From Pocillopora damicornis (Eukaryota), in contig NW_020845410.1 of assembly GCF_003704095.1 (NCBI RefSeq), positions 1,116,001 through 1,180,000 of the forward strand: a stretch of DNA of 64,000 nt. Direction: 5' to 3'. A program made the position numbers and the translations under genes. Below, piece by piece: positions 1 through 11,439 of this stretch. How positions within the stretch are numbered: the stretch's first letter is position 1; the number at the start of each line of letters is the position of its first letter. The notes under the pieces were generated by a model, which was not told where the DNA came from, ran no database searches, and saw only the letters and a list, made by a program, of their open reading frames with translations.

Positions 1-251
1 TAAAGCACAATTGGGCATGGTGACAATCAAATTCACCACATGTTATCCATGTGAATTAAAAATTGATATGTTACATGAGAAGAATGTAGATTTTGATCGG
101 GATCAGAGCGCAAATTTCAAGGCAGTAAGTAATTTCACTCTCAGATGTTGATAATCAGTAAACAACCCTAAAGACGAGTGAGTGACATGTTTCTAGGTCC
201 GCTTGAATGCACATCGCGAAAGATTTCAGAGATTACACAAATGTATGGTAC

Positions 252-386
252 CTTTGGTTGTAAGCGATGCAGCTCATCTACAAGTTTCGGTAACTTTATA
301 CTCGCCACGCTTCCAGTGACTCCAATCAAAATATTTTTCTCCGACTTGTTCCTCTTGTTTGGTGGAGGTCCATCGTCCTCCGCCAT
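252..386 (-). CDS. PPCDC: Phosphopantothenoylcysteine decarboxylase, first coding exon (gene continues off the left edge)
   Basis: MAEDDGPPPNKRNKSEKNILIGVTGSVASIKLPKLVDEL contains the HFCD flavoprotein N-terminal motif (xLxGVTGSVAxxK). Donor AAG|GTACC at 252/251. Confidence 0.85.
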
Positions 387-1249
387 TTTGGATTGATATT
401 ATTATTATGGCAACTGCTGACCAATGCCTGAGCATTTGATCGGGCAATGTCGAGCCCAGGGTCATTTTGGCTCCTTGTCAGCGGTATAATCGCACAAATA
501 ATGACGCAGTGCGGAAGGGTTCAGAAGGACGTGGGGGCCCTCCGGAATACAAGTCCTGACTGCCTGAGGAGTAGCCAGGGTGATTAAGGCGGCAAGGGAC
601 CGAAAACTGAAACTAAGCTGATCCTTAGATTCCCGACATAAGACTGACGACCGTAAATCCCGCACAAACAGCCTCTCGCTGAAACTAGGGGTTGGGAAGA
701 AGTAGCTGTCATTGCTTTTGAATAAGGTCTAACATGTATTACCTTGCTCGCTACCTCTACGTATACCTTGTATGACCTGCAGAATGACATGGTAAAATCC
801 AGCTGTTAGATTTACGCGCATTTCAAAGGTAAATCCTCTTAAATTAGTCAAGTGTTCCCGAGCCCTCTGAATATATTTCCAGAAATCACCAGTACCCTCA
901 AATTCCAAAGAGGAGATCTTTTCTGTGCCATGGATATTCTTGAATTAGTTTTGGCTGATATCACCATGAAAACTAAACTTGACTAAGATGACTAAGCGTT
1001 CCAGTCATTGTGTATTGCAGTTTCATGGTCTGATTATGCATTAAATTTGCGCAATTGATATTTAAATATTTATTGAGTACCTGTAACGAGAGGGAATGTA
1101 AACAACGCATTGTGAAGGAACAAGGTTAGCGTGATCTTTCGCCACTGCAACGAAACTGGGAGAAATCATTCCTTTTCACAAGCTACAGAAACCAAAATTA
1201 AGAAAATTATATGTTCTTTCAGTTTCATGCCGGATAGAGCAAAACAAAA

Positions 1250-1897
1250 TTAACAACAAGTTTTCTCCTTTTTCCTCACAAAGCGACTCTTTTTCTTTAT
1301 ATCAACTACCGCTCCGTTTGTAACTCTTTCCTGTTCTTTTGCACTCCATCCTGATACAAATTTAAATAGCATTTCCTCTGCGACACATTCAAAAGCTTCA
1401 TCGATGCTTTCATTTTCCTTGGCGCTTGTTTCAAAGAAAGGCATATCGTACTCGTCAGCTAGCTGTTCCCCCTCTTCGCGTTTGACAGCTCTTGGATGCT
1501 GAATGTCGCATTTGTTTCCTATCAGTAGTTTAGTGACATCTTCTTTGGCATGTTCGTCAATTTTTCGCAGCCATTTTGCAATGTTTTCAAACGAGCGCCT
1601 GCGACTTATATCGTAAATAAGCATAATTCCGGACGCGGTCCTATAATACGACACACTGATAGCATGAAATCGTTCCTGGCCTGCCGTATCCCAGATCTGT
1701 AGACGAACTTTTTTTCCTTGCACGTCAATAGTTCGTAATTTGAAATCGATTCCAATTGTAGAGATGTAGGTGTGATTGAACATATCGTCCGAAAACCGCC
1801 ACATCAAACTTGTCTTTCCGACACCAGCATCTCCAAGGAGCAAGACCTTGAACATGTAGTCGCAGGGTTCTATATTTGAATTCTTTTTATACGCCAT
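1250..1897 (-). CDS. Rab GTPase, Rab8/Rab10/Rab13-like, intronless, 215 aa
   Basis: GDAGVGKT (G1), TIGIDF (switch I), WDTAGQERF (G3), GNKCD (G4), ETSAK (G5) and a C-terminal CC prenylation motif. First ATG at 1897. Confidence 0.93.
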   Translation of the reverse strand: MAYKKNSNIEPCDYMFKVLLLGDAGVGKTSLMWRFSDDMFNHTYISTIGIDFKLRTIDVQGKKVRLQIWDTAGQERFHAISVSYYRTASGIMLIYDISRRRSFENIAKWLRKIDEHAKEDVTKLLIGNKCDIQHPRAVKREEGEQLADEYDMPFFETSAKENESIDEAFECVAEEMLFKFVSGWSAKEQERVTNGAVVDIKKKSRFVRKKEKTCC

Positions 1898-3245
1898 TTC
1901 GAGCTCTGACAACACAGTCCGAAGGTAATCTCCTTTTCTTTTTTGATACGTACACGAGCAGGTGGCACACGCTTTTTAAGCCCAGGAATGTCTGTCATTG
2001 GCTAAAAAATTATGCAAGTCGGAAGAGAAAGGCGGCATTTGTTACAAAAGTCACGCTCGAAGTAACTTGAGCCAATGAAGAGAATAAATATGGAACGTAA
2101 GATTAAACAAATTTGGACGTACATGCGACACTTTGTGTTGAGTGGGTTATTATTTAAGAATCCACTCGTTTGCATCAGCACATTTGCATTTTTATTTCAC
2201 AAAAGACCTCGAGGCAACCGAAAATCCTTGTGAATTCGTTTGAAAAAAATCGTTTTGCATTGTCTTAAGACGCCATAAGTCATCAGACTACGCCAAAACA
2301 GAAAACATCTGGAATTAAATGGGCGTTTTGAATTCGTTACTTTGGTTAAACTTCCCCCCTTTATTGACATTCACTGATGCAGCTTGCAACATTCGAAAGC
2401 AGCAGGATTATTGTTGCCATGTTTATCTTTTTCAAACTTAGCACTCCGGTTTGGCTGCTCGATCGATGGGTGGCCTGATAATGTTACCCATCGGATGCTA
2501 ATAGCTACTTATTGAACGAGTGTCCACAAACTAAAACAAGATTACAATCGGGATCTGTTCGCTGCAGAGTGTTATCCTCCCGAATCACAACGAAGGGCTC
2601 GGTTAAGACTTATTAGGTGTGTATTTAATGGAAAATACATGTTGCTTTAGGGAATATGAAATGGATAAAAAACAAAACGAAATGAATAACTGGAGTTTTT
2701 ACAGTCACGCTCCCACCAGGATTGCTCAAGCTTCTCAGGTTTTTAAGAGAGACCCTGGAAGTGAAATTTAGGAGGTTCTTCGTCCACTGTTGTTTTGGTT
2801 TTAGGAGCAAAAATAATGGGAGGACCCGGGGAAAACCTTTAGAAGAAGAACGAGAACCAAAAACAACGAAGCCGATATTTTCTTCCCGTGGCCCAGTCCA
2901 CGCCGCACAAACGACCCATCGGTCATATTCATTAACACCGAAAAATAATACTTTTTATTCGCCGTAAATGGCAACACACACTTGTCAAAGGCTGTTCTTT
3001 CTCGGCTGCAACTGTCCTTTATCATACACTTTATCATGGACATACTTACTTCTAACAGATACTCATTTCGCGGAAGCTCTTATGAGCATAATGACGTTAA
3101 ATCCTTGTAGTGCTGGGCTTACCTATTTTCACGGACAAACATGATAAATACAATAATTACACATGTCTCCATGAAGCATTCCTTGTAACTAGAAAAAGAA
3201 ACATACAATTCAGTGGTAAGGAAGGTTACAAAGATGCAATCAGTC

Positions 3246-6200
3246 TTACAGGACAATTCTTTCTTCAGTTTTATGAGGACTTCCTGATTTTTTACTGCTA
3301 TTGGCAGCTATCTTTGCATCCTTCTCCGATAAATCATGATTCTTGGCACCAACTTCCTTTCCGTCGTTTTTCTGGCTATGGTTAGGTTCACCACCCTTGT
3401 TCTCTGTTTTCTTCTCATCTTTGACAGAAACGTTTTTCTTAGACGTATCCTTGACCTCGCCATTTCGCTCCCTTTTCATTTCCTCCCTGGCCTCCTCTGA
3501 CTCTTTTGGATTTGACTTCTCCTCTTTTTTGGGGGAACTTTCCTTTGATCCCGTCACTTCGACAGCCTCCGTTTCATCTTTGTCACCTTGTTCGTCTTCT
3601 CTATCCTCAGCTTCGTCGTCATCGTCTTCGTCTTCCGACGACTCACTTTTCTCGAGGTCGGCTTCATCCGGAACATAGTCCGGATCTTCATCGGAAACGT
3701 AATCCTCGCTGACGTGTATAAGCTCCACTATCAAGGTACCGTCTTCGTCTTCTCTGTCGTACCTTCGCTTCCGCTCGGGAGAAACGGGGAATGGTTGAGA
3801 AGCATCGATGATTCGAGAATATTCTGCTTTAGGTTTGTAGCGACTGGATCTTGTCGGGTTTTTCTTTCGTCCAAGCCGCTCCTGTAGGGCAGGGGAAAGC
3901 AAAAGTTTTTTGCAAAATTCAAAAATGCTTAATCATGCTGAGTAATCGGGGTTCTTTTCTTCCTAATCTAAAGGAGTACACGAAGAACCACCTATACTTG
4001 AATGAATAATTTTTAACTATGAGGTGCATCTAAAGATTGGTATGCTATCGTTACTTCCAATATTGATTCATAAATATGACACTTTTGATTAATTTTACTC
4101 CAATATCTCTGATATCATAGAATGATTGGTGAACACATTTGTCTCAAACGGTTATCTTCAGTAAAGAAATTGAATTTCAATCAAAGTCTTGGATAACCAA
4201 GGCAATTAGTCTTCGGGCAAAGATACTGAAAGGTGTTCTGCAAAATACTGTTATGACATTAGCAAGATCAGTTTGTTTTTTCAGAAAGGAGTACAACAAT
4301 GTAAATGACAAACCTTTCCTTCTCCTCCTCTTCCTCCGAGGAACGACGGCAAGAAAAAAAAAGTTTTCCGTTTAGTAGCGTTCCAAACGTCCCAAAAGGC
4401 TCCGACAATTCTTCCTATCACCTATCATTGGCAAGGGTGGGTTATGAAAATTACTTTTAAAAATCGACAAATCACTAACACATAAAATGAGTTAAAATCA
4501 CAATCAGCACTTTTTGCTTTGTGTTGACGAGCTACTGAATTTACTCGATTCACTCTCGAAAGCGAAGAGTTTAACCTAAATTGTCGCATCCTCGATTGAA
4601 ATTAGTTTAATTTACCGATTAGAACGTATTTATACTGAATTGGTAGCTGGATTTGTTCCTTTACCGTTACGTTTTGCAGCAGGATTTGAGAGATGCCCCA
4701 TGACCACGTGGCTACAGTTTTGGCGCCATCAATCGCAGCTAGAGTGACTCGACCTGGAACCGAGGCTGCCCGCGTTATAACCTAGAAGAGTCACATAAAA
4801 TTCAAGGAAATCAAACAGAAGATCGAGAGCACGGCTTAGAATTCGAATCATGCACTGTCATTATTGCGCCTTGTCAAATAATTATTCATTTCCTTGCCTT
4901 TTCCCCTTCACCCTTGATCACATTAACGATTCCCTGGATTCGATCGACTTTACTTTGGGAAAGCGGGGCTTCAGCAGCACCCTCCTTCATACATTTCTCT
5001 TGAGGTGGGAGGAGGTATTCAATTGCTGCTTCTGTAACAGTGAGTAAGACTTCCGCAAGATCTGACTGCTCCAGTTTCTTAGCTCCGATTGTCAAAACCT
5101 GTCAACAGAAACAAAAGACATATCAATTATAAGGTTTTACCCGGGAAGACGTGGGGTAGCGCTTACATCCTAGAATTTAATTTTCTCTTGTAAAGACAAA
5201 AATAAAATTACCCAAGCTGGAAACAATCCAGCATACCCCTGAAATAAAGACACCATTTTAAACATCGTCATAAAAAAAATCCTGTCGTACGCGACCACGC
5301 CCTATAGCCCTGATCCTCCATTTTGCAATAAATTGAATTATGTGCCAAGTCGACATGCCTACCCTTGAGTGGGTGTGCAGCCCTGGAAGACGTTCTTAAA
5401 TAAAGAACGTGAGATGAGAAGCTATTTAGCATGATAACAGAGCGGTAATTTACCTAAGAAAATAGCAAGTTTCGATTCATAACAATGTCATCCTCGGCCT
5501 TACTCCTATTCAAAGGTTTGACAGCCATGCACAAATGGGAAAATAAACCATTGTTGAAGGTGCAACATTGCCATTCCCAGCTCACAATTACGACCGTTTC
5601 GTACCAGATTTAGCACAAAATTTCTGCACCTTCATCGCAGATCGTATTGTCGATAATGACGTCTTGACTCAAAATTGATATTTTCCTGTAAGAGGCTTTT
5701 TACTTACTTGTTCTGTGTTGTCCTTTATTATCGGCCATTTTTTCTCCAGGAATGTCAGTCCATCACAGGCCATCGAATCAGCTTGGAAAACTGTTTGAAA
5801 ATGTATTATGACCCTTCACACCCCTAAAATTGGTATGCATATTCTCCATACTGTTCTCAATACATTTCCTAAGGTGCTGACTAGGAGAATTTGTTTAACG
5901 ATCAGGAGCTTTAGTTAGTGATCATTTCCTTTATTCTCGCGACCTTAAAATTTGGTCCAGAGGCGATATTGTTAGGAGAAAATAGATGCTAGTCACTCTT
6001 AGAGTCAAAGGGTTAAATTTGATGCTGCAGTCTACTCTTCAAGGTAAGGTATTTGCAAACCCTTGCAAAATGATTAAAAAAATCTTTATCACACTTTTCT
6101 TTGCTTCAAAGCCTCATATTTTGCATATTAGGGGAAGGTGAAATTGAACTCTTGCAGGAAACATGGTAATAACTGAATTTTGCAAAGTCTAACAAAATAT

Positions 6201-6691
6201 TACTAATTGTAATATCAAAGGAAAAGGCTCCGATAAGACTGTACCCAAATTGACTTAATTGTGTTTGAGAATCTAAGCGAGACAAAATAAACCAACCCTT
6301 CCTCATCAAATTGCACACGTCCTCTCATTAACAAAGCCCTACGATTTTACTAGCGGTCTCAGACAACCTTGACGAGCTGCAGAAATCCATCAATAAACTT
6401 ACCTTTTTCTTCGAAACCTTCTTTCACTTTTCCCATCACACCAGAGGAAGGCAAAGAAGTATATGTCACCTTGGCGGCGACCACAACTGCGTTTATCGAC
6501 ACCTCTGCAGCGCTCAACCCGACCATCGAAACAAGACTATACTCCTTCGTACGTTCGTACATCTCAGACACTTTTTCACAAGTTGATTTTACAATCGGTA
6601 ACTGAACCAGACGGTTGAAAACTTGTGGCATTTGCAAAGGTGACCTCTTGGTTTCGTGAACGCAAGCTTCTTTATCCCCTTCGCCTGCCAT
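3246..6691 (-). CDS. Perilipin/PAT-family lipid droplet protein A (~477 aa) with long acidic C-terminal tail
   Basis: Exons 6691-6403, 5790-5708, 5098-4898, 4781-4665, 4421-4314 and 3881-3246 join in frame. PAT motifs: RLVQLPIVKSTCEKVSEMYERTKE and ADSMACDGLTFLEKKWPII (cf. perilipin RVxxLPLVxST...ACxGLDxxEExLPIL). Joining of the last three exons is less certain than the first three. Confidence 0.8.
5808..6016 (+). mobile_element. ~200-bp dispersed MITE-like repeat (family R1), in perilipin A intron 1
   Basis: Ends (t)gaccctt...aaagggttaa. The core (tattctccatactgttctc...aggagaatttg...gatcatttcctttattctcg...agatgctagtcactctt) recurs at ~31343, ~32796, ~33968 and ~34635. Confidence 0.8.
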
Positions 6692-8907
6692 CTGTTGCTT
6701 CAGCAAGAGGGCGTTCACTTCGACTTTGACAATCAACGTTAAAAAATCGTTTTACATATTGGCTTTATATACAGATGGTTGCATATGCACGCGGAATTTA
6801 TCTTGCTATTTGGTCAGTTCCTGCAAAACGAATGAAATTAATTTAGGTGACGATAGAATATTGTTTCTTTGCTCTTTTCTTTCATGTGTGCCGCTGGAAT
6901 GGACAGTTTTGCATACTTTTGGACGCATGGGAAAATATTGGAGCGAAAAAGAACCTTGCACCCACTCTATTTTCACCCCCTCCTTCCCAAAACGTAGTTC
7001 GATAAATTACAGAATTAATTTTGCACTGGGATAAAAAAACAAAATTAAAAAAAAAAAAATAAGGAATAACGTCACTGAGCAGTCAATCTATTTTTAAAGC
7101 TAACAATCTTTTGAGGGCCTGTGTGGTCTTAATATTAATCATATGATCAAGTGATCAAGTTAGTTTAGCGAAAATATGTTTTTGACGTCATTAAAATTGA
7201 GAGTTCATGTAAATTTAGAACAAAAGAGAAAATGAACATATCAATTGTAATTAATAATTAGCCTTAATGCATTTTTTTAGAATCAGTAACTGACTTTTGG
7301 CCTGATTTCATAAGCTGAATCGAGACCCTACCGGAAGGCATGACGATCACATGTTTTCAGAAGTCATTAACGGAAGTTGCAGTGCCAGTATTAAGCCTTG
7401 AGATTTGGCAAATGCCAGTATCATGCAAACAGACTGGTGTGAAAGGTCAACGAAATTCCTACTTCGAGTGTCAAAACAATAAAGTTTTTCCATATCAGTT
7501 GCTTTTATTGAGCTTTGAACGCGTTCAAAGTCGAACTCCCGGACACAAATCCGTTCTAACATAGTATTGATGGTATTTTTGAAAATAAAAAAGCGCCGTG
7601 AAGAGCGTCTCTTGAGTGTTCATTTCTTAAGGAGGAATCTCGAAAATAATTATTTTTTTTTTCAACAAAATTGAGATATAGTTCGTGAAATAATGTTTGA
7701 AGCATTGAAATGGATCGGCTTGAATTGAGGTAAATTTTTCCGTGAACTGTTATTTCCGCCGGGAATCCTCTTAACAAATGCTAACTATGGATGTTTTGAG
7801 AGGGATGTTTTTTCGCCTTGTCACGAGCCAAAAGGACAAAGGGACAAAGAAAAAATTCTGGACCTTCAGACTTTCCGATTCCACGCTCCGATGCACTACC
7901 ACTAATCTTGTCATAGTTTTTAAAATTAAACTGATGATCTTCAAACTACGTTTTCGAAACCATTTTAAACGCGAAACTTTGACGATGCTTTTCAAAATCT
8001 AAGCGGCTTCCTTTCCAATGTTTGTCTACTCCCCAAGAGGAAACAAATATTGGAGCGAAGAAGGAAAAACTTAAAAAAAGCTGGCATGAAGGGAAATAGT
8101 GTTTACAAAGGTAAAATTTCATCATGAGATGGAGAACGAAAGCGTTTGTTTGTCGAAAATGGCTAATAGTATGAGTTACGTAAGTGCTTGAGCCTTTCGA
8201 ACCTTTTCGAATTTCTGTTCGGTGTTGCCCCAGGGCCTTGAGTTTGAACTGGAATAACAGAGGCAAAATGTTTCCGTATTGGGTATAAAATAAAGAATTG
8301 GTACCCAAAGAATGTTGCATTCTTCGCGGGACTTTTTTTTTTCTTATTTTATATATGAATTTTCTGGCGGGGTATTAGCGTAAGGGGCAAAGTCTCCCGT
8401 TCACCTTGAATGAACTTCAGTCGTGTTTTATGTAACGTCACACAATATTCCATCGAAGGTTCCTACACAAAACCTTGTCCGTGGGAAATCTTTGTCCCAA
8501 AAAGGCAATTTTAAACGAAAGGAATTGCAAAGTACGATTGAATTGCATCAATTTTCATGTAGAGACGGGAGAGCACGGGAGAGTAAATAAAACCCAGAAG
8601 CAATGTCATTAAACTCACTGTCCTGTCACGTGAATGTCTGCGTGTCGTAACGAACTTTGTCCGTCAAGAACTCCGGAGCAGACGGTGACATAACTTATTT
8701 TATAAATATGAAACCTTCTCTGATTGGTCAGATTAGTGACGGAACGAAACTGTTTCTAAGCTTCATTGTAATTGGTCAATTTTCACTCTCTGCCCAAGAG
8801 CAAAGTCCGTACTTGAACACATTAATAAGCGTCTCGATACCTTGTCCATTAATCTTAAAGTTACTTCACATTGTGTCCTTGCGTTGTTCATACTGATAGT
8901 GCCACCC

Positions 8908-9187
8908 ATGCAAAGTGAAGAAATGGCTGCTGAAGTCGAAAGGATGCCTGAAGCTGACAATAAGTCTTTCACGACTCGTCTGTGTGAATTGCCTGTAGCT
9001 TTAGCTGCTGTCAACCAACTCTCAGAAATTTACAGTGCGGTGAAGGAGCGCAATTGTGTCACCAGAATGGCTTTTAATGCTGGTGAAAAAACGATCGATA
9101 TGGCGAATACTGCTTCTAAGCCTATAATTCAGGCAGCCAGCACTTGTTCGCTGTCTAAACCCATCGTTGGAACAGTTGAATGTGCTG
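8908..9187 (+). CDS. Perilipin B first coding exon, copy 1a (alternative first exon, or start of a separate paralog)
   Basis: MQSEEMAAEVERMPEADNKSFTTRLCELPVALAAVNQLSEIYSAVKERN...TVECA G|GTAAGT. Phase-1 donor compatible with exon 12465. Near-identical protein to 11440-11686. Confidence 0.75.
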
Positions 9188-11439
9188 GTAAGTCAGTAAC
9201 GACTGGTTTCTCTCGTAGAAATTTATAGGGTTTGGGCTAATAAAATCCGTCGCTTTACACGAATGTCATATTTTAATAACGCTGTTGTGCAATTTGTGAA
9301 TTGATAAATTGCGGTTTTCATAAATTTGGCGTTTGTCGTAGTTTGTGGTCAGAGTAATTTGTACTACGTCCTAAATATATGTGAACTTTGACCAGAACAC
9401 TGTTTAGTTTTATAGTTGTAGTTTGCCTTTTAGTGATAACTTGTATTTCTCTCGTGGTTTTGTTCATTGTTTCAAAATAATTTAATTGTTTGAAATGGTG
9501 TTTTAGGTAAGGCTTGTGGCGCGACGTCTTATTATGCAAATCATTACATCATTAAGATACGTGTTGAACGTCACGAGCTTTTGGAAGCAACGATGTGAAA
9601 AAATAAATTATTTCTGTCAATACAGTTGATTTTTAAGAAGACATTTCTAAATATGAATAGACCAACATTCCCTCTAGTAGTAAGTGTCAATTATTTGCTT
9701 CAGCCAACACAACTTTGCCAAATTCATTTTCTCACAAAAAGATAATTGAAGTGAATAGTGAACACAGCTGGGCAACTTCTCCACAACTCACTGAACCACC
9801 GTTGTTGTTTTAACCTGTTATTAAAATCGTGGTGACAAGGTAGAGGTGGCTCTACAAGATGTTTGGTGGTAGTTCTTGGGATAAATTAACAATGATAACA
9901 ATAATAATAATAATAAAGTTTTTTGGCACCTTTAGAAAACTTGATAAGCTTACATTACTATATAGAAAAAATTAAATTAGTCAAAATCTAAAAATTTTTT
10001 TCTTACAACAGTAATAAATAAAATAAATGAAATAATTAAGAATTAGGTGACATGAAAGNNNNNNNNNNNNNNNNNNNNNNNNNNNNNNNNNNNNNNNNNN
10101 NNNNNNNNNNNNNNNNNNNNNNNNNNNNNNNNNNNNNNNNNNNNNNNNNNNNNNNNNNTTTGGTAGTTTCCTATCAGCCTGCAAATGAAAATGAGCAATT
10201 GATTGAAATTTTCCTTCTTTCCAGACTAAAGTACTTACAGCCATTAAGTGTTTTAATCAGTTTTACAAAAATAGCATTAAGTTGAAACAATTGTTTCTGA
10301 AAATTTTTTTAGTTTTCACATCTTGATTAAGTTGGTGATGGTAATGATAATATGAAGACATTGTTTTACAAGAAAACAAATATTTACAATCTTAACATAA
10401 AGAGTCAATGAGTGTAGTGAAAGAGCATAAATAAATTTTGTATTGTAACCATTTGCTTTGTTAGACGTTTTTATCTAGCTGGAGAATGTTTGACGTCTTT
10501 CTGTAAAGGGTTGTTGTGTTTTGCTTGTCTGAGATATATACCTATCCTCTGTGGTTGGATTTCATTTTCCAAGTTTCAGCACCATGATTTTTTCGAATTA
10601 CCAACTGTGAAGTATCCTTCAGAAAATACGAAAAAACGCTCCTTTCTCTTTCTCACCCCCTTCAACTTATACTTGCTTCAGTTTGCCTGGGAATAATGAG
10701 AAAAACGATACCTGCAGTCTAGCTGTTGGGGGAAATGTACACAAATGAAAAAAATTGCGGCAACTTGCTAAAGAGGATCTTCCCATCTAACAACCTCAAA
10801 GGTCTCCGAAACTAACTGTGATTATACTTACCTCGTGCATAGTAGTTATCTTGCATTAGGTGGACTGTACGTGCCATTCATGATGGCCCTCGCAAAACTT
10901 TGTTTGCTTCTCTACGAAATTGTGACAGTTAACATTTCTTGTTATTCTGCCAACAACTCGATTATCTACAGAGGTGGAAGTGAAGAGTAGTTAAAAGTAT
11001 CCGAGAAATAATTCCTGTCTAGCCACTCCCATGAGAGAATTAGGCACGTGTCCAATGAAGACTCGAACCATGATACACCACTCCAGGGAACAAGTTCCCT
11101 CACCGAAAAACCCAACCACCACCGCGTAACGACAAATTCTTAAGACTTAACTGAAATTTCTGTATGACGTGTTTTTATTAAATTTGTCAACGAAAGGTTT
11201 GCAGCGTAGTTCAAGATGTTATTGGAGAGAGCTGGGCACTACTCAGAATCATTCCAGATTTTGCTGAAGCAGGGTTTCTCCCCAGTCCTCTTACCGCTCT
11301 TGAAGGAGTGGTCACTTAGTCAGATCTAAAAACAGTCTTGTATCGTTTTATCGGAGTGAGCACATCATTTACAATCAATTGTGTTTTAATCTCGAGTTTG
11401 TGTCTTTACTGGTGGGACATCGGCCATTTATCGAGAAAA

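Noticed and set aside
500-720. GC-richer block with ctgagga/ctgacga and gaaa words, considered as a hammerhead, RNase P/MRP or telomerase RNA
   Set aside because: I could not build stem II/III pairings, P4 motifs or a CTAACCCT template. Most likely promoter or UTR sequence.
3343-3887. Plus-strand Ser/Phe-rich ORFs
   Set aside because: Antisense shadows of the acidic perilipin A terminal exon.
8908-9187. Exon 1a as an uncollapsed haplotype of exon 1b
   Set aside because: Flanking sequences are unrelated and synonymous divergence in the 5' half is far above what alleles would show.
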